From assembly GCA_965203355.1 (NCBI GenBank), contig OZ241889.1, forward strand, positions 224,001 through 288,000: a stretch of DNA of 64,000 nt, read 5' to 3'. This DNA is from Candidatus Latescibacterota bacterium. Its GTDB lineage: Bacteria > Latescibacterota > UBA2968 > UBA8231. The translations under genes were made by a program, and so were the position numbers. The stretch's first letter is position 1. Every line of letters begins with the position of its first letter. This document shows, in pieces, positions 38,072-47,103 of the stretch. The notes beneath the pieces were generated by a model. The model was given only the letters and a program-made list of their open reading frames with translations, searched no databases and was not told the DNA's origin.

Positions 38072-39917
38072 AGAAGCAGTTGACCAAGGAGATCTATTCG
38101 ACGCCCAGATCATTCCCGTGCGTCTAGCTATAACTGCGATGCGCGACTCTGGATATAAGAATACGGCCTATGCACTCGCGGAGTTGATCGACAATGCAGT
38201 GCAAGCCAATGCCTCAATGATTGAGGTATTCTGTATCGAAAAACGTGAGCCTCTTCAGACCCGTACACGCTCAAGGCTTTGGGAAATCGCAGTGCTCGAC
38301 AATGGATCGGGTATGGATCTCCAAGCGTTGTGGATGGCACTCCAGTTTGGTAACGGTACCCGCCTTAGTGATCGAACCGGTATTGGTCGCTTCGGCATGG
38401 GCTTACCGAATGCGTCAATCTCGCAAGCTAGGAGGGTGGACGTTTGGAGTTGGCAGAATGGGACGGCCAACGCGATAAAATCTTTCATTGACCTAGCGGA
38501 GATCGATAGGGGAGACATGAGCGATGTACCAAAGCCTGTGCATGACCCCGTGCCCGAGCGATGGAGGATGCTTTCCGATCACATCGGACAATGTGGGACC
38601 TTGGTGGTGTGGTCAAATCTAGACTTTGAAAGGCTAACTTGGAAGAGTAGTAAAAGTGCTCTAAGGCACACCGAAAGAATCGTAGGCCGTGTATATAGAC
38701 GCTTCATATCAGATAAAAAAGTAACAATTAGGCTATATGCGATGGAGGATGGTGCCGATGATAAGCCGATTTTCGATCGGGAAACCTCAGTAAATGATCC
38801 ACTTTACCTTGTTCCTGTGGAAGAATTACCCTCCCCATTCAGTAAGCAACCGATGTTCACGCATGTTTTTGATGATCCTTATGATATAGAGTATGATGGG
38901 AAGGTGCATACGGTAAAGACTCGCTATTCAGTAGCGTCTGAGGATACAATAACCGAAGCTGGAGTTGGTGATCGTGGACAAACGAAATATGGGAAACATG
39001 CCCAAGGAAACATGGGCGTTTCGGTCCTCCGTGCAGGGCGTGAGATCATGATCGACCATGGGTGGTGTATCGGTTATGATCCGAGAGAACGTTGGTGGGG
39101 TGCAGAAGTGGAATTCCCTCCCCAACTCGACGAGGTATTTGGAGTGACAAACAATAAACAAGCAGCGACCCACTTTGCCGAGTTGGCTACGATGGAATGG
39201 CAAGAACTCGCGGAAGAAGGTGAACAATTCATTGATGTCGTGAAACGCCTGAAAGAGGATAGAGACCCCCGTGGATGGTTACTCGGCCTGAGCGATAGCA
39301 TTAAGCGGAATCTCAAGAGATTGCGCGGGATAGTCAACGGACAAGGCGCGGGAAGACGGTCAAGCGGACGGACACGTCATGCCGTCGATGATGCCACGAA
39401 GACTGTCAATGAGAGATGGAAGGAGCGATCCAAGGAACAGCCTTTAGAAGAGGACAAAAAATCGCCAACGGAAAACGACCTTAACTATATTCGTACCGAT
39501 CTTACTAAAAATAAGAAGTACAGTGACTCGGATGCAGAAGAACTCGTATCTCTGATCAGAGATACGGAGCTGAAGGTGGTATTTCTCGAAGCAGACTTTC
39601 CCGATCCTTTTAATCTCTTTAATGTAGAGATGAAAGGAAATATTACAGAAATAACATTCAATAGGAAGCATCCTGCTTTTGACTATATCTTTGGTACGAT
39701 CAAGACCGCCGACGAGGACGTACGTAATCTTTCTCAAGAAGAAGTAATAGAACGCTTAACAAGAGCTGTCAACGCCGGAAAGATCATCTTCGCAGCGTGG
39801 GGACGTTATGAAAGAGAAGCAGGGGTTGATCGCGTTAAAGCTCTTCAGAAGGTTCGACTTGAATGGGGACAAATCGCGGCACAGTTTCTAGATCAGGACG
39901 ACAATCTCTCGCTATAG
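38058..39917 (+). CDS. GHKL/MORC-family ATPase (HATPase_c_3)
   Basis: AMRDSGYKNTAYALAELIDNA, VLDNGSGMD, GIGRFGMGLPNAS, GTLVVW; RBS GGAGGA upstream of MPHAEE; overlaps the helicase stop. Confidence 0.9.
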   Translation: MPHAEEAVDQGDLFDAQIIPVRLAITAMRDSGYKNTAYALAELIDNAVQANASMIEVFCIEKREPLQTRTRSRLWEIAVLDNGSGMDLQALWMALQFGNGTRLSDRTGIGRFGMGLPNASISQARRVDVWSWQNGTANAIKSFIDLAEIDRGDMSDVPKPVHDPVPERWRMLSDHIGQCGTLVVWSNLDFERLTWKSSKSALRHTERIVGRVYRRFISDKKVTIRLYAMEDGADDKPIFDRETSVNDPLYLVPVEELPSPFSKQPMFTHVFDDPYDIEYDGKVHTVKTRYSVASEDTITEAGVGDRGQTKYGKHAQGNMGVSVLRAGREIMIDHGWCIGYDPRERWWGAEVEFPPQLDEVFGVTNNKQAATHFAELATMEWQELAEEGEQFIDVVKRLKEDRDPRGWLLGLSDSIKRNLKRLRGIVNGQGAGRRSSGRTRHAVDDATKTVNERWKERSKEQPLEEDKKSPTENDLNYIRTDLTKNKKYSDSDAEELVSLIRDTELKVVFLEADFPDPFNLFNVEMKGNITEITFNRKHPAFDYIFGTIKTADEDVRNLSQEEVIERLTRAVNAGKIIFAAWGRYEREAGVDRVKALQKVRLEWGQIAAQFLDQDDNLSL

Positions 39918-39935
39918 GATTTGGAGAAGTAGGTT

Positions 39936-40844
39936 ATGATCGCGGACGGCGAGCGCCTGAAGGAGCTCTTAGAGAAAGCTGAGCACCGAGTAATTTTGTG
40001 CGCTCCATTCATTAAAGCGGCAGTGCTACGGACTATTCTATTAGTCGTGCCCGAGACAGTACCAGTAAAGATTGTCACGAGGTGGCGAGCAACCGAAATC
40101 GCTGTAGGAATAAGCGACCTTGAGGTGCTACAGATTGCGACCGACAGGCCGCACACTGAGCTTTGGCTATTGGATGATCTCCATGCCAAACTCTACATTG
40201 CAGATGATAAGTGCCTTGTGGGATCTGCCAATTTGACGGCGAGTGCTTTAGGCTGGTCAAAAAACAGCAATATAGAACTTCTGATTTCAGCAAAGTCAAC
40301 TGATTCTGATATCGCCTTTCTTTTAGAGCAACTTGAAGCAGCGGAGCTTGCAACTGTCGCGACTCGTGCAAAAATTGAGGCAATGGTAGCTAATCTCAAA
40401 GAGACAAGACTCGAAGAAGGGGAAGACATGACGGATGAAAGTTCAGTCCGTCAATTGGCTTGGCTGCCCCGTTGTGCAGCCCCAGACAAGCTCTATGAGA
40501 TTTATCGAAACTCGGAGACAACAGTTGTAGTGGAGGGCACTAAGGAGGATGGCCTTGCAGATCTAAGGGATCTGCAGATTCGACCTGGGCTCCCGGCAAT
40601 GACTTTCAAAGACAACGTACGGAACACCCTTCTCTTGATGCCTGCATTCGCTCGAATCATTGAGGATGTGCCCCAAAGTCTTACGGATGCCGAAGGAACT
40701 GCACGGGTCGAGGAAGCTCGTCCTGACTTGGATGAGCAAGATGCGAGAGAACAATGGCGTATTGTACGGGACTGGATTGAGAGCTTCTTTGGAGACATGT
40801 TTGAGGTAGCTCCAGCATCGTTTGTCACTCGTCTGAGATCATGA
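39936..40844 (+). CDS. Phospholipase D-like (single HKD) nuclease-domain protein
   Basis: ILCAPFIK, LHAKLYIAD, VGSANLT, NIE. Confidence 0.85.
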   Translation: MIADGERLKELLEKAEHRVILCAPFIKAAVLRTILLVVPETVPVKIVTRWRATEIAVGISDLEVLQIATDRPHTELWLLDDLHAKLYIADDKCLVGSANLTASALGWSKNSNIELLISAKSTDSDIAFLLEQLEAAELATVATRAKIEAMVANLKETRLEEGEDMTDESSVRQLAWLPRCAAPDKLYEIYRNSETTVVVEGTKEDGLADLRDLQIRPGLPAMTFKDNVRNTLLLMPAFARIIEDVPQSLTDAEGTARVEEARPDLDEQDAREQWRIVRDWIESFFGDMFEVAPASFVTRLRS

Positions 40845-40972
40845 TATTAATATCAAAAAAAAGTATCTAGTTGTCTTCGAGTACCGAACTGTCCTACCCA
40901 TCATCTAAATCCCCTCGTAGTCCAATTGTGTTTATAGCTTATAGCCTCCGTCAAATTCAAAGGCCCCTTCTC

Positions 40973-41776
40973 TCAAAGATGACAAATAGCGCACCCGTCC
41001 AAGTCCTCCCCAGCGGGCACCTCATAGCGCTTTTCTAACTTTTCGACGTCCTCTAGGGAGCGTCCATTTACCCAAGTATACTTTCTTCCACTCTCCTCTT
41101 TCTCGTAGTCCTTGGCCTTCTCAAACAATTCGGGATGGTTCTCCTTGAGTCCCTGCCACTCTCCAATCTGTTGATAGAAGCAAAAATAACACCCCGATCT
41201 TGAACGCCAGCGATAGTAAGGGGGGAGTCCGAGACCTGATTGATCGAGTAGTCCCTTCACTTCTTCTAAGCCGATACCATCCTCTTTGAACGGATATATA
41301 GGAATGATATTATTCGCCTCAGAGAGCATAACTGGTTTGCGCTGCTGATAACCTGTGCGCTGCTCGTCTGCCCGAATGCCTATATAGGTATAGGCGCGAT
41401 CATTTCCTATTTCTCGCTCAAAGGGTTTAATCTTCAACACACGCGTACACCAACGGGCCTGTGGGCTAGGGAGAAAGCCGCCGTAGTACTCCTTGAGATA
41501 AACATCGAACGGCTTGCGATCTTCCTTTTCTCGGATACCCAACATCCCAAGAACGTTTAAGCGCTTGACCTCAACACTAAAAATCGCCTCAAATCGTTCA
41601 ATGTATTCGTAGGTCTCCTTCAGTTCCGCTCCCGTATCGCAGAATATGAACTCAAGGTCTAGCTGCGGATAGTTTTCCAAGAGGTAAATGCCGAGCGCGG
41701 TGGAATCTTTACCGCCCGAAAATGAAACCACATGGCGAGCATCGGTATCCTGAAGCGCATCCTTCATCAGAGTCAT
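40973..41776 (-). CDS. sspD: PAPS-reductase-family ATP pyrophosphatase, SspD/DndC-like
   Basis: SFSGGKDS PP-loop, FCDTGAE, RWCTRVLK, GIRADE, RSRSGCYFCFYQ, C-terminal CAICH; last gene of an sspABCD-like operon. Confidence 0.8.
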   Translation of the reverse strand: MTLMKDALQDTDARHVVSFSGGKDSTALGIYLLENYPQLDLEFIFCDTGAELKETYEYIERFEAIFSVEVKRLNVLGMLGIREKEDRKPFDVYLKEYYGGFLPSPQARWCTRVLKIKPFEREIGNDRAYTYIGIRADEQRTGYQQRKPVMLSEANNIIPIYPFKEDGIGLEEVKGLLDQSGLGLPPYYRWRSRSGCYFCFYQQIGEWQGLKENHPELFEKAKDYEKEESGRKYTWVNGRSLEDVEKLEKRYEVPAGEDLDGCAICHL

Positions 41777-41782
41777 GGCCTG

Positions 41783-44700
41783 CTAACCTCCTGCCAATTC
41801 GGAAATCCCGTCCCGCTCGTTGGTCCGGGATTGAAGTTGGTCAATCAACTCGGCGCGAGCATCCGGCGCAAGCATCCGGTCGAGCTTGCTGAACAGATAC
41901 TTAATGCGGCGTTCGAGAAGGGGAGCCGCCGAGGGGCTTATTATTTCTGCCTCAAGGAGTCCCTGTTCTGCTCTCGTGACGACCTCTCGAAGGCGATCTG
42001 CAAATTCTCGCAGGCTCGCATCATCCCAACGATCAAGCCCTTTCCCAAGCAAGATCATACTCAACGCACGTGCAAAAGAAGCCTCCGTATAACGGCCATT
42101 TGTTGCTTCAGCCGCACGGGTAAGAATGGCACGAGAGGTGGCGTCAAGATCAGACGAGGAAATCGCTTCATCACTGAAACATGCCGACCACTCTTTTGCC
42201 CGGTGTAGCGCATTGCCGGGAGAATTAGGAGCAAGAGCTAAGAAGTCGTGGATTATGGCGATGGCCTTTGCAGTATAACCATCAACGATGCCTTCTAATT
42301 CTTGGCGAAGAGCGGCCACGCCCTCTAAAGTGTCGTCATCCGGCAAAAGAGTACCCGTCAGTTTGGGAAACTTCTCCAAGGCCAAGACAGCGGGATCGTT
42401 TGTTGTGCGAAGAACGGCTTGGAAGGAACGAGCCTCGGGGCCGACTTCGCGAGTGGTTAGTGCTGGAGTAGGTAACTGGGCCTTCCAGCTTTCAAGAGCA
42501 TCATAGAATTGGCGGATCAAGTCGCCATGATGAGGCGGCATCCCACCGAACTGTTCAATTAAGTCTCGTAAGTACCTAGTTTGGAACGCATCAACCTCCA
42601 GAACATCAACTGAGAATTCGTCTGGAGTCGAGCAGAAATCTTCAATCTCACTAGCGAGGATGTCGGCGAGATATGAACCATGACGTCGAATGACAACAGC
42701 CCGACCAAAGGCTTGTAGCCCCGCCGCAACTAGGATGGGCAGTGTGGCTTTACGGGTTCCATGCGGTGGTCTTTCAAGTGATTCAAGAAAAGCTGCCGGT
42801 GATTTCTCGGAGCTAGGCGTAGTAAAAAAATCTTTAAGCTGCTGCCAAAGCTCCGCTAGGCCACGCTCTCCGATCTCGGCTGGTGCCGCCCAACCCCAGC
42901 CCGTGTCTTTCGTCCGGTACAGTCCTGTGCGCTCTAGCACCGTTCGGTACAAAGCAACATCCGGTGTCGTAGCTTCTATATCAAAACCAAGATGTGGTTT
43001 CCCAGATCGTTCCAGAATTCCTAGGATCAGCTTTTTGCGTGCATTCACCATTGGTCGGCTGATTTTTTCCCTAACGATGAGTTCGTTGTTTATGCGGGGA
43101 GTACTTGGGAACCGTTCATCGGCGAGTTCGGACAACCTCTCGCGCAACTCGCCTTCGTTGCGGACCGATAACTCTTGTCCTTTAGAAAACCAAGTGAGGC
43201 CGTTCGAGCTAGGGCTGACAATCCGCGACACAATGTGCGCTAAGTGTTCTTGGGCAGCATCAATCATGTACTTAATCTCAGGCTCTATGAAGGGATCAGT
43301 CGCAATAAGCTCGTAATTTTGTCCCAAGCTCCTTAATGCCATAATCTCTAATGCAATATCCAGCGTTTGCGTCGGATGCTCTGGGACTACAAGAATAACC
43401 CCTGAGTCAAGCGAAGATAGCTCCCGCACGAAAGAGCGTAGCTCAAGGATTTCTTCGCTCGTCTCGACAAGGCAATAAACAACGCGCCCGTCTTCACCAG
43501 CCCCCAACTGCAACAGTGGATGCCCTACACCTTCTCGCAGCAGATCGTTTGCAGATGCGTATGCACCGGCGAAAAAACGTCGAATGCGGTTCTTCACGTT
43601 ATGGGCAACGGGTCGCCAATAAGGTGGCGGATGCTCTTTTGACAGAATCTCAACAATGTTGAGTTCCAAGCTAATGCGGAGCTTTTCTTCCTCCAAATGG
43701 GCGCGTAGATCAACATCGGTTCCATGCCAAACCGAGATGTCGTCGTTGCGTTGTCGGTAGAGCAGTAGGTTTCGGTCGATCAGGCCATCAATGGTTTGCT
43801 CAATAACAGCATGGGAGGAATCATTGAACTCAGTGACAGCAAACCTGAGAACATCTTTGCGGACGCGCACACGTTCACCAGAAATGCCAAGCCCAAGAAG
43901 GGCCGCCGCCGCTATGATTTCGCTTTCTTCCTTAGTAGCTGCCTTTGAGAGAGCACTTTCGCTTTCAAGCCATCTACGATGTGTCCCGCCGATTCCCGTA
44001 TCGGCTTCCATTGCCTCTGAAAAATATCGGTACAGATCATGCAGAGTTTGCGACTGACCTAGATCGGCCTCTCGCAAGAAGGAAAAGACCGTTCGCTCAT
44101 TTTGTGCGAGCCGAGCCGCTACCCGAGGTAGCATGTGAAGAGCGGCCGGATGCAAAGGGTAAGCACTTCTTAGAGTTTGTGTGAGCTTCCCCTTATTTCC
44201 AAACGACTCAAACAAGCCCAATTCCAGCGCTCTTTCCGCTATCTTCTCACTAGCTTTAAGGGTCAGAGGCCGACGAATATCGCGCGATTGTTCGATCACT
44301 GAGGCGATCAATTCGTACATCTCCCGACTGTCTTCGACATAGCGGACCAATCCGAAGCGGCCCTCAATTTTCCGCCAACTGTTGCGTGCGGCTTGGCTCA
44401 GATTGCCAACATAGTGAAAGAAGGTCTGGTGTAATAGGATAGTGAATGTCGCGGTAGGTTCATCCTGTCGAGAAGCCCATTCAGCGATCTGTTGGACTTC
44501 GGAAAGAACTTCCGCATGTCCAGAAGAAGCAAGGGTTTCAAGATGCCGACCAAACTCATCCCATATTATTGAAATACGGTCGCGGCCTTGTGTATGTGCC
44601 CTTTGAGAGATTGCGTCTAAAATGTGAAGAATCTCGCCGTTGTGCCGACGTGGCTTCCGAAAATATCTGAGTTGCTGTTTCGCCTGCTCAATAATAGCAC

Positions 44701-45064
44701 CAGCAAGATCAGGTTGGTACCCTTCAAGGACGATAGTTAGCCCTTGGGTGCGACTTTTTATGCGAGTTTTAACAATAGCGCTAAGTTGTTTATCAACAGC
44801 GGCGAGACGTTCGCTAATTACGGAGAGCACCTTTCGCGCTGAGGGTGAGTTCTCGACCGCCATGGTCGCTATTCCGGTAGCCAGCGATTTCCCAGAACCA
44901 TACGCAGCGACTACCATCGAAGCGGCAGCAGGCTTTCCATCAAGTACCGCTTGGATGACTTGGGTACTCTTCTTAGTGGGATAGAAATGTGAAAATCGCT
45001 CGGGATGGTCCCTGTCGAGGAGCAGACTGATCGACTTAAAAAAACGGTCTGTTGTACCTATCAT
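41783..45064 (-). CDS. sspC: Large P-loop ATPase, SspC-like
   Basis: Walker A AAYGSGKS, Walker B IIWDEFG, WRKIEGRF, YPLHP, AQNERTVFSFL; ATGA-coupled to the DUF4007 gene. Confidence 0.75.
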   Translation of the reverse strand: MIGTTDRFFKSISLLLDRDHPERFSHFYPTKKSTQVIQAVLDGKPAAASMVVAAYGSGKSLATGIATMAVENSPSARKVLSVISERLAAVDKQLSAIVKTRIKSRTQGLTIVLEGYQPDLAGAIIEQAKQQLRYFRKPRRHNGEILHILDAISQRAHTQGRDRISIIWDEFGRHLETLASSGHAEVLSEVQQIAEWASRQDEPTATFTILLHQTFFHYVGNLSQAARNSWRKIEGRFGLVRYVEDSREMYELIASVIEQSRDIRRPLTLKASEKIAERALELGLFESFGNKGKLTQTLRSAYPLHPAALHMLPRVAARLAQNERTVFSFLREADLGQSQTLHDLYRYFSEAMEADTGIGGTHRRWLESESALSKAATKEESEIIAAAALLGLGISGERVRVRKDVLRFAVTEFNDSSHAVIEQTIDGLIDRNLLLYRQRNDDISVWHGTDVDLRAHLEEEKLRISLELNIVEILSKEHPPPYWRPVAHNVKNRIRRFFAGAYASANDLLREGVGHPLLQLGAGEDGRVVYCLVETSEEILELRSFVRELSSLDSGVILVVPEHPTQTLDIALEIMALRSLGQNYELIATDPFIEPEIKYMIDAAQEHLAHIVSRIVSPSSNGLTWFSKGQELSVRNEGELRERLSELADERFPSTPRINNELIVREKISRPMVNARKKLILGILERSGKPHLGFDIEATTPDVALYRTVLERTGLYRTKDTGWGWAAPAEIGERGLAELWQQLKDFFTTPSSEKSPAAFLESLERPPHGTRKATLPILVAAGLQAFGRAVVIRRHGSYLADILASEIEDFCSTPDEFSVDVLEVDAFQTRYLRDLIEQFGGMPPHHGDLIRQFYDALESWKAQLPTPALTTREVGPEARSFQAVLRTTNDPAVLALEKFPKLTGTLLPDDDTLEGVAALRQELEGIVDGYTAKAIAIIHDFLALAPNSPGNALHRAKEWSACFSDEAISSSDLDATSRAILTRAAEATNGRYTEASFARALSMILLGKGLDRWDDASLREFADRLREVVTRAEQGLLEAEIISPSAAPLLERRIKYLFSKLDRMLAPDARAELIDQLQSRTNERDGISELAGG

Positions 45065-45951
45065 CGTCCTGCTCCAAGGTAGTACTTCTTCAGCCAACCA
45101 GACAGCGACAACCCTCTTACTCTGACGAAGCGTTCACCTCCAAGAGTATGCGTGTGAATCAGCTCTGTCCCGAGTGCTTCTTCAGCCTCACCTAGGAGAT
45201 TAATCAACGCATCCGCATCTAAGGCCAATGTTCTTCCTGGACATTTAGGCTTGGCTATAGCTTCCGATAAATTGAGATCAAAAGAGTCGCCGCTATCTTC
45301 GTCTTCTGGCAATGCTTTAGCGAAGGCGTATCCAATGATCTCGAACGGAATAGCTTTTTTGCGGCGATTTAGCTGATAAGTGTCTGACTCACGCAGATAC
45401 GTGATCAGCCCTAGTAACCGGAACGGACACTCATGGCCGTCTTCGGGATCCTCCTGAGTGGGAGGGATCGGTGTCGCGTAACTTGACAATAGACACGCTA
45501 TATCCCGTGAGATCGTCTTTGGACTAGGGAGGCGTTGTCCCTGGACAACAAGTTGCCGCCGGAGGTCTTCCGAACAGCGGATACGGTCGAAGCGCCCATG
45601 CGAGAACTGATTAAAGAACCAATACCATGCAACGGCATCGATCCCACATGTTACCAAATTGACGTGTAACACCCACCAAGTGCCGAGGCGCAAGAAATAG
45701 GGGTCGTATTGCTGAATGGTTCTGCCGATAGGGGTGATGGCCGATGAACCACTGCGACCGTTTTTCGTTGTTTCTACAAGACCTGTTACCTGTAGCCAAT
45801 GCCGAATCGACTTGGCCATATTGCGACCAACGCCTAGGTAATCGGATACGAATGGGTCCTTAAAAGCGTCCGCGTCTTCCTTGAGAAGCTCGAGGCCCTT
45901 AACGAGCCAATCTTCTCGCACCGCGAAAGTTTCGTGTCCGCCAAATCTCAC
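45061..45951 (-). CDS. sspB: DUF4007-family protein, SspB-like nickase
   Basis: FGGHETFAVREDWLVKG, LGVGRNMAKSIRHWL, DPYF...TWWVLH, WYWFFN, CPFRLLGLI. Confidence 0.82.
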   Translation of the reverse strand: MRFGGHETFAVREDWLVKGLELLKEDADAFKDPFVSDYLGVGRNMAKSIRHWLQVTGLVETTKNGRSGSSAITPIGRTIQQYDPYFLRLGTWWVLHVNLVTCGIDAVAWYWFFNQFSHGRFDRIRCSEDLRRQLVVQGQRLPSPKTISRDIACLLSSYATPIPPTQEDPEDGHECPFRLLGLITYLRESDTYQLNRRKKAIPFEIIGYAFAKALPEDEDSGDSFDLNLSEAIAKPKCPGRTLALDADALINLLGEAEEALGTELIHTHTLGGERFVRVRGLSLSGWLKKYYLGAGR

Positions 45952-45957
45952 AGTTGC

Positions 45958-47103
45958 TTACCCAGTCAGCCGTTCCAGTGCAAGTAAGCGTTGATAGACT
46001 AAACAGACCGCTTCTGCGGCCTGCTTGGCTTCTTCAAGCGAGTTGAGCACCGAAAAAGAGAACCGAACGCTTGCGAAGGCTTGATCTTCTGTTAGTCCCA
46101 TGGCAAGCAATACATGAGAAGGTTCGGGGCGCTGGCTCACGCAGGCAGAGGTCTGCGAGCAAATGATACCCACCTGATCAAGTTGGGCCATAAGAGCCAT
46201 GCCTTCTACGGACGAAAAATGAATGTTAGAGGTATTGGGAACGCGATTACTGCGATCTCCATTAATATGAAGCCCTAGCGCAGACCCTGCAAGATGGTCC
46301 TCAAATACTCCTCTTAGGGTCTCAAGATGTGTTATCGCCTCGTTTAGCTGGCGAGAGCGGACATCGGCAGCTATACCGAAACCAATGATCCCTGGCAGAT
46401 TTTCGGTGCCTGGGCGCATCCCACTTTCCTGATCTCCGCCGAAGAGCAAGGGAGAGAGTAGGTTTTCTTGCTTGCTGCAAATCGCGCCAATTCCCTTCGG
46501 ACCGTGAATCTTGTGTGCGGTGAACGTCATAAAATCAATGGGAAGATCGGGCAACGAGATTGGAACGCGACCAATTGCTTGCGCCGCATCGACATGAAAC
46601 GGCACTAGACGCCGGCGGCAAATTTCACCTAGTGCCTCAATCGGTTGTACGGTGCCGGTTTCGCTATTTGCCCACTGAACGGACACAAGGGTCGCTGGCT
46701 CCTCTAGAGCAACTTCAAGGCTATGTGGACTGACCCGACCAAGCTGATCTACTGGTAGAATAGTGACCTCTACGTCCGCATCTTGCAGAGCTTGGGCCGT
46801 CTTCAAGACAGACGAGTGTTCAATCTCCGTCGTGACGAGCCGGGTTCCCTGCTTATGTGAACAGATGCTTTGAAGAACGAGGTTATTGGCCTCCGTTCCC
46901 CCCGAAGTGAACAGAATCTGTTCCGACTCTGAACCAACGAGACTAGCGACGCGATGGCGGGCCTCGGACAGGGCCTCGCGAGCATCCGCGCCAAGTTGAT
47001 GCGGACTCGATGGATTCCCGTACCTAGTCGTCATCAACTCGACGACCGCATCGACCACTTCCGGCAAGGAGCGCGTCGTGGCGTTGTTGTCCAAGTAAAT
47101 CAC
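45958..47103 (-). CDS. sspA: Cysteine desulfurase (IscS/DndA/SspA-like)
   Basis: IYLDNNATT, GNPSSPH, FTSGGTEAN, HVDAAQ, TAHKIHGPKG, SQTSAC; first gene of the operon. Confidence 0.85.
   Translation of the reverse strand: MIYLDNNATTRSLPEVVDAVVELMTTRYGNPSSPHQLGADAREALSEARHRVASLVGSESEQILFTSGGTEANNLVLQSICSHKQGTRLVTTEIEHSSVLKTAQALQDADVEVTILPVDQLGRVSPHSLEVALEEPATLVSVQWANSETGTVQPIEALGEICRRRLVPFHVDAAQAIGRVPISLPDLPIDFMTFTAHKIHGPKGIGAICSKQENLLSPLLFGGDQESGMRPGTENLPGIIGFGIAADVRSRQLNEAITHLETLRGVFEDHLAGSALGLHINGDRSNRVPNTSNIHFSSVEGMALMAQLDQVGIICSQTSACVSQRPEPSHVLLAMGLTEDQAFASVRFSFSVLNSLEEAKQAAEAVCLVYQRLLALERLTG

Larger units (their letters stand above)
36290..47103. other. Defence island: Ssp-type phosphorothioation operon plus convergent helicase-MORC-PLD operon
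   Basis: Abrupt shift to AT-richer sequence and codon usage relative to the flanks; seven genes in two convergent operons; no integrase seen. Confidence 0.8.

Noticed and set aside
40973-45951. BREX type 4 or a classical DndABCDE system
   Set aside because: No PglZ, BrxL, DndB, SMC-like DndD or DndE gene is visible in the island.
40973-47103. Sulfate assimilation (cysH) or housekeeping Fe-S assembly (iscS) genes
   Set aside because: No cysDN/cysC or iscU/suf neighbours; coupling to DUF4007 and a large ATPase fits Ssp-type DNA modification.
21879-47103. Functional link between SelD and the PT operon (selenium incorporation into DNA)
   Set aside because: selD is host-like in composition, about 18 kb from the operon, and explained by the selenoproteins; nothing in the sequence connects them.
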